This document shows, in pieces, positions 38,808 to 52,055 of a stretch of DNA of 64,000 nt. Source of the stretch: Felis catus (Eukaryota); NCBI RefSeq assembly GCF_018350175.1, contig NC_058373.1, positions 109,866,001-109,930,000 on the forward strand. The letters are read 5' to 3'. The position numbers were made by a program, and so were the translations under genes. The notes beneath the pieces were generated by a model. The model saw only the letters and a program-made list of their open reading frames with translations. It was not told where the DNA came from and searched no databases. Within the stretch, counting starts at the first letter, position 1. Every line of letters begins with the position of its first letter.

Positions 38808-41800
38808 TTGACTCTCCCCCGCTCATGCTCTGTCTCTCTTTCTCAGAAATAAATAAACATTAAAAAAAAAAAAAAAGAAAGAGGGACACCTGGGTGGCTC
38901 AGTCGGTTAAGCGTCCAACTTCGGCTCAGGTCATGATCTCACGGTCTGTGAGTTCGAGCCCCGCGTCGGGCTCTGTGCTGACCGCTCAGAGCCTGGAGCC
39001 TGTTTCAAATTCTGTGTCTCCCTCTCTCTCTGACCCTCCCCCGTTCATGCTCTGTCTCTCTCTGTCTCAAAAATAAATAAACATTAAGAAAAAAAAGCAA
39101 AAAAAAAAAAAAAAGAAAGAAAGAAAAAAATCTCCTTAACATCTCCTCTAAGTCTGATTTAGTAGTGATGAACTCCTTTAGTTTTTGCTTGTCTGGAAAA
39201 CTCTTATCTCACCTTCTATTCTGAATGATAATCTTGCTGGGTGGCGTATTCTTGGTTGGAAGTTTTTCCTTTTAGCACTTTGAATAGTCATGCTTCTTCC
39301 CTCTGGTCAACAATGTTTCTGCTGAGAAATCTGCTGATAGTTTTATAGGATTTCACCTGCACACAACAACTTGTTTTTCTCTGGCTGCTTTTAAGAGTCT
39401 CTCCTTATCTTTGACTTTTGTTATTTTAATTATGTGTCTTAATGTGGATCCCTTTTGGTTATCTTATTTGGAACTCTCTGAGATTCCTGAACCTGGATGT
39501 TTCCTTTCACAGGTTAGGGAAGTTTTCTGCCCCTTTGTCTCTCTCTTCTTCTGGGCCCCCTGTAATGTGGATGTTATTCCACTTGATGTTGCCCCATAGG
39601 TTTCTTTTTCCTTTTTTTTTTTTTTAAGGTTTATTTATTTTTGAGAGAGAGAGACAGAGAACTAGGGCAGGGGCAGGGAGTGCAGACAGAAAAGGAGACA
39701 CAGACTACAAAGCAGGCTCCAGGCTCTGAGCTGTCAGCACAGAGCCTAACATGGGGCCTGAACTCACAAACCATGAGATCATGACCTGAGCCGAAGTCGG
39801 ACACTTAACCGACTGAGCCACTCAGGTGCCCCTACCCCATGGGTTTCTTTTTATGTATATATATATATTTTTTTTTTACTTTTTTTTTTTTAATGTTTTC
39901 ATTCATTTTTTGAGAGACAAAGAGAGACTGTGAGCAGCGGAGCAGCAGAGAGAGAGGGAGACCCAGAATCCGAAGCAGGCTCCAGGCTGTGAGCTGTCAA
40001 CACAGAGCCTGATGCAGGGCTCGAACCCACAATCCGCGTGATCATGACCTGAGCTGAAGTCTGCCGCTTCACTGACTGAGCCACCCAGGCACCCCTAGGT
40101 TTCTTAAATTACTTGCATTGTTTCTTTTTTTTTTTTTTTCTTTTTGCTGGTATGTCTGGGTAAATTCCATTGCTTTGTCTGAGTACTTACTGATTCACTC
40201 TGCTTCATCCAGTTTGCTGTTGAATCCCTCTATAGATGTTTATTTTTCAGTTCAGTTATTGTATTCTTCGGTTCTGCAACTCCTGTTGGTATTTTTAAAA
40301 TATTTTTTACCTCTTTCTTGAAGTTCTCAGCGTGTTCATTGTTCTTCCAAGTTCACTGAGCATCGTTATGACCATTACTTTGAATCTTTATAGGGTAGAA
40401 TACTTATCTTCGTATCATTAAGGTCTTTTTCTGAGGTTTTGTGTTGCTCTTTCATTTGCAGCATACTTTTCATTTTGCTTGACTCTCTGTTTGCTTCTAT
40501 ATTATAGGCAAAATAACTACTTCTCCCAGTCTTGAAGGCATGGCCTTATGTAGGTGATAAATGTTCTAGTTCAACTTTGCCCTGGTTCTTGGTTGTCTCT
40601 GGAACCTTTGTGATTGACTACACTGCTGATTTATTCTGATACGCCCTGTTATTGAGGACATGCCAAGACCTATTAGTGTTTCAAGGGGAGGACTCTCATT
40701 TACCATCTAGTTTCAAGCTGACTGGAAGCCAGGCCCTCAGGTAGCAGCTTTTTTTTTTTTCTTTAAGATTTTATTTTTGGGGCACCTGGGTGACCCAGTC
40801 AGTTAAGCATTCAACTCTTGATTTCAGCTCAGATCATGATCTCATGGTTCATGGGTTTGAGCCCCTAGTCAGGCTCCATGCTGGCAGTGAGGAGCCTGCT
40901 TGGGATTCTCTCTCTCCCCCTGCCCTTCCCCTGCTCTGTCTGTCAATAAATAAACTTTAAAATAATTTTTTTTTAATTTTAATTTTTTAAGTGTTTATTT
41001 ATTATTGACAGAGAGAGAGACAGAGCATGAGCGGGAGAGGGGCAGAGAGAGAGGGAGACACAGAATCTGAAGCAGGCTCCAGGCTCTGAGCTGTCAGCAC
41101 AGAGCCTGACGCGGGGCTCGAACTCACAGACAGCAAGATCATGACCTGAGCCGAAGTCGGACGCCTAACCGACTGAGCCACCCAGGTGCCCCTAAAATAA
41201 AATTTTTTAAAAAGATTTTATTTTTAAGTAATCTCTACACCCATGTGAGACTCAAACTCACAACCCTGAGGTCAAGAGTTGCGTGCTCTACTGATGGAGC
41301 CAGCCAGGCACCCCAGTAGCAGTTTTTAAAGGAAGCAAAGGTATATAGTCCTGTGGGGCTGCAATCATAATCCCTGCTGGCGTCAAGACCAGGAGATCAG
41401 GAGGTATACCCTGAGTGACAGTTACAAAAATTGGGACTCCAGACAAGCGTATGAGCTCCCTTCTGGGATGTCTTGTTGAGCTGTGGTGAGGCCAAAGGAG
41501 CGTGGAGGATGGTGTCTTCCTGCTTATATTCTCTGGGAACGCTACATAGCCTCTAGATGTTTCAGAAACCTAAAGCCTGTCCCCCAGGCTGCAGCTCCAC
41601 TAAGTAAATAGCCCTTTTTCATAAGACTGGGGTTGTGTTTCAGTTCGCTGCCTATGCAGCGCCCCGGGGGTGGTGACCAACCAAGAACTGTCTTTCCGAC
41701 CATTACATTCCTGTGGAGCCCAGGAATGCCAGTCCCTTTGGCCACCAGGACCAGGTGACCAAGGGGCATCCCCTGTATGTATTGCACACACCCACTAGCC

Positions 41801-43571
41801 TTAGCTAGGCAGCTGGAGAGTGTGAGGAGTAGGGGCATTCTCACGGGCATTCGAAAGGCAGCTGGAAAATGTCTTGGCTGTACACACCTGGGGGTTTAAG
41901 GAACCAGTGGGAGAGCACCTTGTCCGTGTGCTTGATGCCACAGCTCTCTGTCTGCCCAACCTGGCCAGGAAGCGGGGGAGTGCTACCACCACCAGCAAGG
42001 CAGTGGCCTCGTGCCACCGCTGCTCACCCCCACCTGTGTCAGTAAGGCAGCAGGAGGGTGAGGCCTTGGAGTTTGCTACCTGTGCCAACAGGAGAGCTGG
42101 ATGATGCACCTGCCATCTGCCAGCACTCCTTCTCTGGGGGGATTTCAGCTGTTCCCTGCCCCTCAAGCAGATGCTTTTATATTAGCGAACGAGTCTCCTC
42201 CATGTATAGACTAGGCACTTTTCAGCCTGATGTTTTTTCTCTGGGTCTCAGGGCAGGTGAGCCCTTTAAAAAAAAGATAATCTCAGTTGCCTCTGGCACT
42301 TTGGGTCCCTGGGACATCAGCCCTGTTTGTCTTCTAAGTCAGACGTTCTGAGGGCTCATCTCCCTGGGGCAGATCCCAGGAGTTGGGGCGCCTGATGGGA
42401 ACACCAGCCCCTCACTCCTCTGGGAGAAGTACCATACAGGTGAGATTCCCCCGCCTCGTGCATCGCTGAGCTGGGAATGAGGTTTTTGCCAAGACTGTGT
42501 CTCTACCTCCCCTACTTGTCTTTTTATCTTGTTTTGTGGAGAAGCAGTCCATCTACATTTTCAGAGAGAAATGATCCGTATGTAGCTGTAGATTTGGTGT
42601 TTTGGAGGGAGGAGGTGAGTGCAGGATTGCCCTAGGCTGTCATCTTGCCACAACTGGTATATTTTCAAATGTAGGTTTTTGAAAGTACAGTAAAATCAAC
42701 AGCCTAACTTTTTGGGGCTTTTATTATGGCCAAAAATACATAACATAAGGGGCGCCTGGGTGGCTCAGTCGGTTAGGCGTCCGACTTCAGCTCAGGTCAT
42801 GATCTCACAGTCCGTGGGTTCGAGCCCCGTGTCAGGCTCTGTGCTGACAGCTCAGAACCTGGAGCCTATTTCAGAGTCTGTGTCTCCCTCTCTCTGACCC
42901 TCCCCTGTTCATGCTCTGTCTCTCTCTGTCTCAAAAATAAATAAACATTAAAAAAATTAAAAAACAAGTTTTTTTGTATGTGGGTATTTGAGGACTTTGA
43001 AGAGTTTTAAGATCAGAATTGGAAATGGATTCAAAGAATTGCATTGCTAAAAGAGGCTTAGAAGCCATTATATTAATCTCATTATATGAGAGTCATGCAG
43101 TTTATTAATCTTGTAAATTAAGTACCAACTATGCCAGATTCCTGGAGATACAATGTTATTAAGACACTTCTCCTGCTTTCCAATATGCTTATGTTCAAAT
43201 AGTCACTGAAGGTGCTATCAAGAGTCGTCATCTTTTTTATAGGCTCCCAGATTAGGTGACTGGGTATTATCTCTCGAGTTTTCCTTCTCTGAATTCTGTC
43301 ACCCATTCTTCTTTATTCCCACTGCCACAACTCTAAGCCAAGTTCAGTTGACAAGGAAGGAGCATTCTAAGAAATGATTGAAGGTCTATGTTACAGAAGA
43401 GAGTTTCAGAGTCACAGTTGAATTTATACAAGAAACCTGTAACAGCTGCTTCAACCAAAACAAATTCTGTGTTTACCTTTTATTAAATGCTTTAAAAAAT
43501 TTTTTTAATTTTAAATTTTATTTATTTTGAGAGAGAGAATGTGTTCACACCCACAAGCAGGGAGGAACAGA

Positions 43572-43621
<50 letters not shown>

Positions 43622-44562
43622 CTTAAGCAGGCTCCATGCTGGGCTCAGAGTCTGACACAGGGCTCAATGCCATGACTGTGAGATCATAACCTGAGCCAAA
43701 ATCAAGAGTCAATCGCTTAACCAAGTGAGCCACCCAGGTGCCCTGTGTTTACCTTTTGTTATTTTTTTTTTCAGTTTATAAGTTTTATTTTATTATTTTT
43801 GAGAGAGAGAGAGTTGGGGAAGGACAGAGAGAGAGAGGGGAAGAGAGAGAACTGCAAACAGGCTACATGCTGTCAGCACAGAGCCTGACACAGGGTTCAA
43901 CCTCACCAACTTCAAGATCATGACCTGAGCCAAAATCCAGAGTCAGACAGTCACCCCTGTGTTTACCTTTTATTTCATTTTATTTAAAAAATTTTTTTTA
44001 ACATTTTTTTATTTATTTTTGAGAGATAGAGCATGAGCATAGGAAGGGCAGAGAGAGGGAAAGACACAGAATCTGAAGCAGGCTCCAGGCTCTGAGCTGT
44101 CAGCACAGAGCTCAACACAGGGCTCAAACTCATGGAGCACGAGATCATGACCTGAGCTGAAGTTGGCCGCTTAACTGACTGAGCCACCCAAGAGCGCCGA
44201 TCCTGTGTTTACCTTTTAGACCTGTCATCATGCTCAGTTCCTCCTTTGGCAATCCAATGTGATTTTCTGTGGGAACAAGGATGCGGCCTCCCCTCCAGTC
44301 AGGCTTGTCTTTTATTCATAGGCCACCTACGTCAACAACTCCAAACCTCCTTCTCTAGGTGAAACTCTGGTTTTCTTTCCTTCTCCCTAGCTATATAATA
44401 ATGCCCATATTCAAGGCTCGTGTCTTTCATAAAGTACTTAAGAAAATGAACACCTAAGTTAATCTTGCTAGCACTCTGTGGAATTGATTCCTCCAGTAAC
44501 CACAGGTTAGACACTCACCTTCTCCTGGGCCAGGGGAGCAGCAGGTTCCTTGACACTTTCTT

Positions 44563-45683
44563 TTTTTTTTTTCTTTTAATTTAATTTTCTTAAATTTTTT
44601 TTTCAGTATATGAAATTTATTGTCAAATTGGTTTCCATACAACACCCAGTGCTCATCCCAAAAGGTGCCCTCCTCAATACCCATCACCCACCCTCCCCTC
44701 CCTCCCACCCCCCATCAACCCTCAGTTTGTTCTCAGTTTTTAACAGTCTCTTATGCTTTGGCTCTCTCCCACTCTAACCTCCTTTTTTTTTTTTTTTTTT
44801 TTTTTCCCTTCCCCTCCCCCATGGGTTTCTGTTAAGTTTCTCAGGATCCACATAAGAGTGAAAACATATGGTATCTGTCTTTCTCTGTATGGCTTATTTC
44901 ACTTAGCATAACACTCTCCAGTTCATCCATGTTGCTACAAAGGGGCATATTTCATTCTTTCTCATTGCCTCGTAGTACTCCATTGTGTATATAAACCACA
45001 ATTTCTTTATCCATTCATCAGCTGATGGACATTTAGGCTCTTTCCATAATTTGGCTATTGTTGAGAGTGCTGCTATAAACATTGGGGTACAAGTGCCCCT
45101 ATGCATCAGTACTCCTGTATCCCTTGGGTAAATTCCTAGCAGTGCTACTGCTGGGTCATAGGGTAGGTCTATTTTTAATTTTTTGAGGAACCTCCACACT
45201 GCTTTCCAGAGCGGCTGCACCAATTTGCATTCCCACCAACAGTGCAAGAGGGTTCCTGTTTCTCCACATCCTCGCCAGCATCTATAGTCTCCTGTTTTGT
45301 TCATTTTGGCCACTCTGACTGGCGTAAGGTGATATCTGAGTGTGGTTTTGATTTGTATTTCCCTGCGATGTTGGAGCGATGTTGAGCATCTTTTCATGTG
45401 CCTGTTGGCCATCCAGATGTCTTCTTTAGAGAAGTGTGTATTCATGTTTTCTGCCCATTTCTTCACTGGGTTATTTGTTTTTTGGGTGTGGAGTTTGGTG
45501 AGCTCTTTATAGATTTTGGATACTAGCCCTTTGTCCGATATGTCATTTGCAAATATCTTTTCCCATTCCGTTGGTTGCCTTTTAGTTTTGTTGGCTGTTT
45601 CCTTTGCTGTGCAGAAGCTTTTTATCTTCATAAAGTCCCAGTAGTTCATTTTTGCTTTTAATTCCCTTGCCTTTGGGGATGTG
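44563..45683 (-). mobile_element. 5'-truncated, relatively young carnivore/felid LINE-1 (ORF2 C-terminus + 3' UTR + polyA)
   Basis: Open 248-aa ORF2 C-terminal frame ([28 protein letters not shown]). TSD tccttga(c/t)actttctt at 44547-44562 and 45684-45699. Confidence 0.95.
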
Positions 45684-48600
45684 TCCTTGATACTTTCTTA
45701 CTTGAGTCCCATGAAGGATTGGAGTGATCTCTCTCCCACGGCTAAAGCTTTCACTTCTAAAATCAGAAACATAGTAGACATATTTCTTCCTTTAGAGAAA
45801 GCTAGTTAGCAGCAGGGAGAAAGTGAAACTGCCACACGGACAGCAACAGAAACAAATAATCAAATTTGAAGACTCCTGACAAGGTTCGAGCCTCCCCTTT
45901 CCACTTGTTCCCAAGAGCTGTCTCTGCAGTCTCACCTTTCCTGATCCTGGACTGTTCACACCTTCCTTGGATTTCATGAACCAGTCAATTCCCCTTTCTC
46001 TTGAAGTTCATTTGAAATGGGTTTCTGTTATCTTCAAATAAAATACAATCAAACAGGTGGTTAGAGGTGGAATTAGAACCGGAAGCCAGATCTGACTGCT
46101 GGTCTACAACTTTGCCAGCAATCAGTGCTGTTGTCTCTGTGCTGATTGTCTAATTCTTTTTTATTTCCGCTAAAGTAGTGCTAAGAGTGGGGTAGACGCT
46201 GAATGAGAGTTGATGGGTTACTGGGAGTGCATGCAGTTCCCCGCTGAGAGAACATACTCCTGGAGCTGGGTTCAGGGCGTGGCCCTGCCCTGACTTCCTC
46301 TGTGATCCTAGACAAATGAATCACTTCTAATCTCAGAGGCATAAATCCTCACTGCAAAATGGGAGGACCAGCAGTTCTGTCTACCTTACAGGATCATGGA
46401 AAGGCTAAAATGACATAGTATAGGTAAGAAATTTTTAAACTGTCAAGTGAATTAACAACTACAAACATATAATTGTAGTAGTTACATGAAATCGTACTGA
46501 GGGTGCGCTGAGGGCAAAATATACCTTGGAACTTTTATTTAAAGAGCTGAATCCCATCTCTTACTGTCATCTTAACATCACTATTCAAATACGCATCGTG
46601 CTCTCCAACTCAGCATGTTCAGACAGCACACTGTCTTCGTCGTACCTCTGCCAGCGTTCTCCACCCCTCAAATCTCTTCCCCACGCGGCTTTCGCAGCTG
46701 CTTTCTGAAAGGCGAAGTTGATCCCAGTCCTGTCCTGCTTAAAATCCTTCCGCTTTTCCCCATTGCCTTCAGGATAAAGTTCAAATTTTACTTGGGGATT
46801 CACGACAAACTAAATTCAGGTTGTCCAGCGCAGGCAAAGAAAAACAGGTGATTGAGGCCTAGCTTCCTCAGAACTTTGGTCTCACAGAGCCTGGTTGGCA
46901 ACGTACCTGGCTTTTTGTTTTCTTCTCCCTCCCCGCCACGATGTGTGCAAGTTGAGGGGACTTCGACAGAGTGAGGGAAACCAGACGCTATTCACATATG
47001 AGGTTTTCATCATCCTACCCATGCCTGTCTCTCCTACCATGGCCCACATGCCCTCACTCCAAAGTCACTTATCCTTTTTTTTTAACCATATTTATTTGAG
47101 AGAGAGAGAAGGACAGAGTGTGAGTGGGAGAGGGGCGTGAGAGAGGGAGAGAGAATCTCAAACAGGCTCCACACTATTAGCACAGAGCCTGACATAGGGC
47201 TCAAACTCACAAACCATGAGACCATGACATGAGCTGAAATCAAGAGTTGGACCCTCAAATGACTGAGCCACCCAGAAGCCCATCTCTCTCTCTTTTTTAA
47301 GAATTAAAAAAAGTTTTATTTGAGACAGGGGCACCTGGGTGGCTCAGTTGGTTTAGCATCTTACTTCGGATTCTCTTTCTCCCTTTCACTCTGCCCCTCC
47401 TCTGCTCCGTCTCTCTCCTTCTCAAAAATAAATAAACATTTAAAAAAAACTTTAATTTTTATTTTAGGGAGAGAAAGCATGAGCAGGGGAGAGGGACAGA
47501 GGGAGAGAGAGAGAGAATCTTAGGTAAGCTCCATGTTCACTGTGGAGCCAGACGTAGGACTCAATCCCATGACCCTGGGATCGTGACCTGAGCCGAATCA
47601 AGAGTCAGATGCTCAATGACTGAGCCACCCAGTCGCCCCAGATCTTTCTGTCTTCATCCTACAAAAGAAAAATTGGGGCTCGGAAACATGGAATATGCTC
47701 AAGGTCACACAGCTAGTGAGTGGCACAACCTGGTTTCAGACATCTGAAACCAGAACCCACACTCTTAACACATTATGCTGTCTTGCCTCCCAAGAACTCT
47801 CAGAATGGCTGGATCAGTCTTCGCTATTCTCTTATTACCGTCATATTTAGGAGAGTCTATCTTCTGCCTTATAGTAAACAACATTCAATTGACTTCTGAG
47901 TCCTGAATACTCATATTATATTCTGTTGGTCATTAGAGATGATAAACATACATTACAGAAGATGTTACATGGAACCACAAAGGAAATAGAATAGTTTTCC
48001 ATTTGTTTTAATTAACAAAACGAATATTGAGTGCTTTCCAAGTGTGAGGTATTAGGCTAAGGGCCAGAGAAGATACACAGAGGAATAAGATACTGTCTTG
48101 CCCTCAAAAAGCTTATAATCTAGAAGGACAGATTTTAAAATGTATACAAGTTGCTGTAATAAAAGACAACTAGTTTAGGAGCACCTGGGTGGTTCAGTCG
48201 GTTAAGCGTCCAACTCTTGATTTTGGCTCAGGTCATGATCTCACTGTTCATGGGTTTGAACCGACATCTGCTGTCAGCACAGAGCCTGCTCTGCCCTGCC
48301 TTCTCTCTCTCTCAAAATAAATAAACTTAAAAAAAAATTTTTTTTAAAACAACAACTATCTTAAGTGCTTTAATGAAGGTACAGACACAGTGTCAGGGGA
48401 ATAATAATGGAAGAGATTGATTCCCAAACAGGGAAGGAATAGCATTTGTATTGGATAAAAATTCAGGGAGGGGCCTAGGGCCCCTGGGTGGCTCAGTCAG
48501 TTGAACTTCCAGCTTTTGATTTGGGCTCAGGTCACGGTCCAAGAGTTGTGGGACAGAGCCCTGAGTCAGGTTCCATGCTGAATGGGGAGCCTGCTTGGGA

Positions 48601-49278
48601 TTCTCTCTCTCCCTTAGCCCCTCTCCCCTGCTCATGCTCTTTCCCTCTCTGTCTTAAGTAAGTAAGTAAGTAAATAAATAAATAAATAATAGAGAAAAGA
48701 AAAGAAAAGGAATTCAGGGAAAGGAGGATTTGGGAGGAAAAACATTGGAGGTACAGAAAAAGTAAATGGACAACACAATGAGACTGGAGAAAAAAGGCAG
48801 GTTTTAGAAACAGTTGGAAGGGTTCATGGGAGGAAGAGATGAGGTTAGTCCTTGCTGTAGAAAAACAAATGCTACACTAAGGAATTTGGACTTTATTCTT
48901 AGGCAAAAAAGGAGCGAAAAAAAAAAAAAAAGAATTGGAGGAATAATCTTTAGAAAGATAGACTTAGTAGCAATATGAAAAGGTAAATAAAATTGGAGGC
49001 TGAGGAGATCAGTACATAATGGGCCAGGATAAGGTTAATAAGGGTCTGGACAAGAGCAGTGGCAATGGAAAGAAAGGAGATGGCAGGTGTGAGATACTCA
49101 GAAAATACCTATCTAGAATGAAATAATGGGAAATCAGTTTAAGAAATGTCATATTAGGGGTGCCTGGCTGGCTCAGTTGGTTGAATGTCCTACTCTTGAT
49201 TTTGGCTCAGGTCATGATCCCAGGGTCATGGGATCGAGCCCCACATCAGGCTCTGCACTGAGCATGGAGCCTGCTTGG

Positions 49279-49323
<45 letters not shown>

Positions 49324-49409
49324 ACCTTCTCCCTCACCCTCTCCCTCACCTGTACTCTCTCTCTCCCTTTCTAAAATAAAAAATATATATTTTAAAAATA
49401 CCATATTCA

Positions 49410-49952
49410 AAGACAGATTATGTCAGAGGAAAAACCAATCTGAAACAAGTATCCAGTGGGGGGTGGGGCTGCTACACTAAGGAGAACCCCTCACCATAAG
49501 GCTTGCAAGCATCTCAAAAGTTGGGCAAAAAGTGTTTTTCTTTTATACAGCAAGTGAACAAAGGTAGAGAGAACCGGGTATGGGGACAGGAGATGGAGAG
49601 AATATTTTACCCAGAGACCAGCCTCTTTCCAGGAACTTGCCCTTAAGGAGGCGGCTGGCTGCGTGCTGACTCAGCATCAGGGTGAGCCAAAGTTCAGTGT
49701 CCTGGGGGACGGAAAGAAGCTTAACCAGGGTTTGCTTAATATCATTTTATTCCTGTTAATCAGTAAGGACAAAATTAGTTCAGCTAGTCACTCATGAGGC
49801 AAAAAGTGGGAATTTGGAGCGTCTGTGTCTGGCAGTGTCCTGTGTAAACAAGGCAGGCACCTTACCCGTCTTGTGCCCCAAAGGGTGGTTCCCTGCAGTA
49901 TGTGACTTTCAAAAAAGGGTGAGAGGACTTCTTAACCTTCAGGTAGTTCAAC
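49410..49952 (-). mobile_element. ERV1 solo LTR, MER67-like
   Basis: gttcagcta.tca..catgaggcaaaaagtgggaatttggag.gtctgtgtctggc, aagggtggttcc.tgcagta and cttaacct..ttcaaca resemble the reverse complement of MER67. Confidence 0.65.
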
Positions 49953-50821
49953 ATTGCCAAATACAATAAGGAGGCATTACTGGATAGTCAGATTACCATT
50001 GAGGAGGAGAAGTGTTAGCATTCTTTGGCCCAAATCTATTTGCTTTTCATTTCAACACCTACTCTGACGCACCCACATCCGGTAACAGGACAAACCCCAT
50101 TGCAGGTTCCCCTCCCCACCCCCGCACTGCTACCTGAAAGTAGAGTGTTCCTTATGAAAACTTTCATAACCCAAAATGGCCTAAAATGAAAGTCCCATTT
50201 CGATTTCTTTCAGTTAGCAAAGACAGATACTATTGTAGGTCTCCCATATAAGTGAAGTGGCATAATGCAGACTTCCAAACAGTGGGATGTGCCTGTATTT
50301 TGAGATTCATTTGGAGCATGGCCATTCCATTGTCTTCGAAGCTGTTATTACAGATTCATGCCCTAGGCTAGTCAGTAAGAATAAAAGTGGCTGCCCGACC
50401 CTAAAATTGTTGCTGAAAGGTGAACTGCAATTGGAAGACCGTAGGCTTTTAACCTGTAGTTTGAACATTGCATTTTTTTTAAGTTTATTTATTGATTCTG
50501 AGAGAGAAGAGTGAGTGTGCAAGCAGGGGAGAGACAGAGAGAGAGGGAGAGAGAGAATCCCAAGCAGCTTCCACGCTGACAGTATACAGCCCGATGTAGG
50601 GCTCGAGCTCATGAACCATGAGACTGTGACCCGAGCTGAGATCAAGAATCAGATGCTTAACCGACTGAGCCACCTAGGCGTCCCTGAACATTGCAGTTTT
50701 AATTGTTGCTAGTTCAGGATAACAAGGAAAGTTAGCATGAAACAACCTTAGATTTTCACAATGTGAGGCTAGAAAAAGCTGATATTTTAACCGTCACGTC
50801 AAGAGACAGACATCACAGCCA

Positions 50822-51175
50822 CTGACAGAGACTCTCCTAGACCAAGCCTGAGTCAGACTCCTTGAGCCCTCTTCTCAACTGTGCCCAACCTTGGGCTGTG
50901 TTCTTGGCAGCTTAGTCCAGTTGTAGCAAGAATTTTGATTAGTCAGTTTAGTGAAAAATCTCCTACCCTTGGTATTTGATCACCCTCAACATTGGATCAG
51001 ATTCCTCATCCTGCACCCTTGCTGTCTTATCATCCTGACGTACCTTCAGCAAGAATCCCTTTTACCCCCATGTTTGTTCTTAGTAAATTTCCATCCACTG
51101 ACCTCTGTCCTGCTCCACTCGTCCTTGTATTCAGAGTTGAGCCCACTGCGACTCCCCTACTGCAAAACTTCCATG
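50822..51175 (+). mobile_element. ERV1 solo LTR, MER31-like
   Basis: tgacagagactctcct.gaccaa...gagccctcttctcaact...tagcaagaat...agtcagttta...ttccatccactgacc...agttgagccca. Confidence 0.75.
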
Positions 51176-51194
51176 TGGTAGGCCTTCTGAGATG

Positions 51195-52055
51195 TCAATA
51201 AAACCCACAAAAGATTAGTAATCAGAATAAATATAAGATTGTGAGTTAATAAGACAATCTAATACAAAAAACAAAAGACACAAACAGGCATTTCATCAAA
51301 GAAGAAACCAATGGCTAATAACCATATAAAAATTTGTTCAAACTATAATCAGGGAAATGAAAATTGAAGCCCAACAAAGATACTATTTCACTACATCCAG
51401 ACTGGCAAAAATTTTAAGTTGGCTAATATCAGGCATTGGGAAGAATATGTGGAACAATCAGAACTTGGATACATTGCTGGTAGGAGTCTAAATTACTACA
51501 ACTGTTTTGAAAAGTAATTTGGCATTTTCTAGAAAAAGAGATCACAAGTATAACCAACATGCCACCATTTCCACTCCTAAGTACAGCTGAAGTCATCTCT
51601 TACACATGTGCCCTAAAAGCATGTACAAAAATGACCATAAAAGCATTGTTTGTGATCGAAAAAACTGGGAAACCCAAGTGTCCTTCTATAGTAAGATAGG
51701 TAAGTAAATTGCTCAATGTTCCCAGAATAGAATACCTACATAACAGTGAAAACTAATTAACTTCTTTCTGTAGGTTGACATAGACGATTCTCAAAAACAA
51801 AATGCTGAGAGAAAAATTCAAGTCAGAAAAAAAAACACAATATAGTTTCATTTGTATAGACTAAAGAAACACAAACCCAAATAATAGATATTTGTCTCTC
51901 AGACAATTGGAGAAGGACACAAAGTGATTTTCTATTTCTTAATCTGGGGGTTATTGGACAGATGTTCCTTTTATTAGTATTCTCCAAATTGTGCAGATAC
52001 ATTTTTAGCCTTTTGTATGCATGATCCATTCCAGGATAAAAGAAAAATTTTAAAT
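51195..52055 (+). mobile_element. Old LINE-1 (L1ME-like) 3' fragment
   Basis: caggcatttcatcaaagaagaa, acattgctggtaggagt, ttccactcctaagta, and an L1ME-like 3' UTR. Confidence 0.7.

Larger units (their letters stand above)
33453..42654 (-). mobile_element. Near full-length degenerate LINE-1 (L1MA9/L1_Carn-like) with internal ORF2 deletion and many nested SINEs
   Basis: Poly(T) tail and 3' UTR at about 33453-33900. ORF2 C-terminus and RT remnants (KINKLDYTKLKSFRTAKETI; NHIISIN-EKAFDKIQ). EN remnant near 37000-37600, ORF1 at about 39130-40500, and GC-rich 5' UTR ending caagatg... near 42648. Candidate TSD tggta(a/t)attttc at 33441-33452 and 42655-42666. Confidence 0.9.

Noticed and set aside
41542..42351. 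Cluster of 63-121 aa ORFs in GC-richer DNA
   Set aside because: They fall in the L1 5' UTR, with no coherent splice signals or recognisable protein.
43467..44217. CRISPR-like repeat-spacer array
   Set aside because: Eukaryotic DNA, the spacers are ~200-260-bp SINEs, the repeats are TSDs, and there are no cas genes.
44903..45649. 248-aa ORF as a host gene
   Set aside because: It is the C-terminus of L1 ORF2 in a 5'-truncated insertion with a TSD and no promoter.
50140..50232. Possible ancient Tigger-type (MER127-like) fragment
   Set aside because: The resemblance is only from memory and too short to support without a Dfam search.
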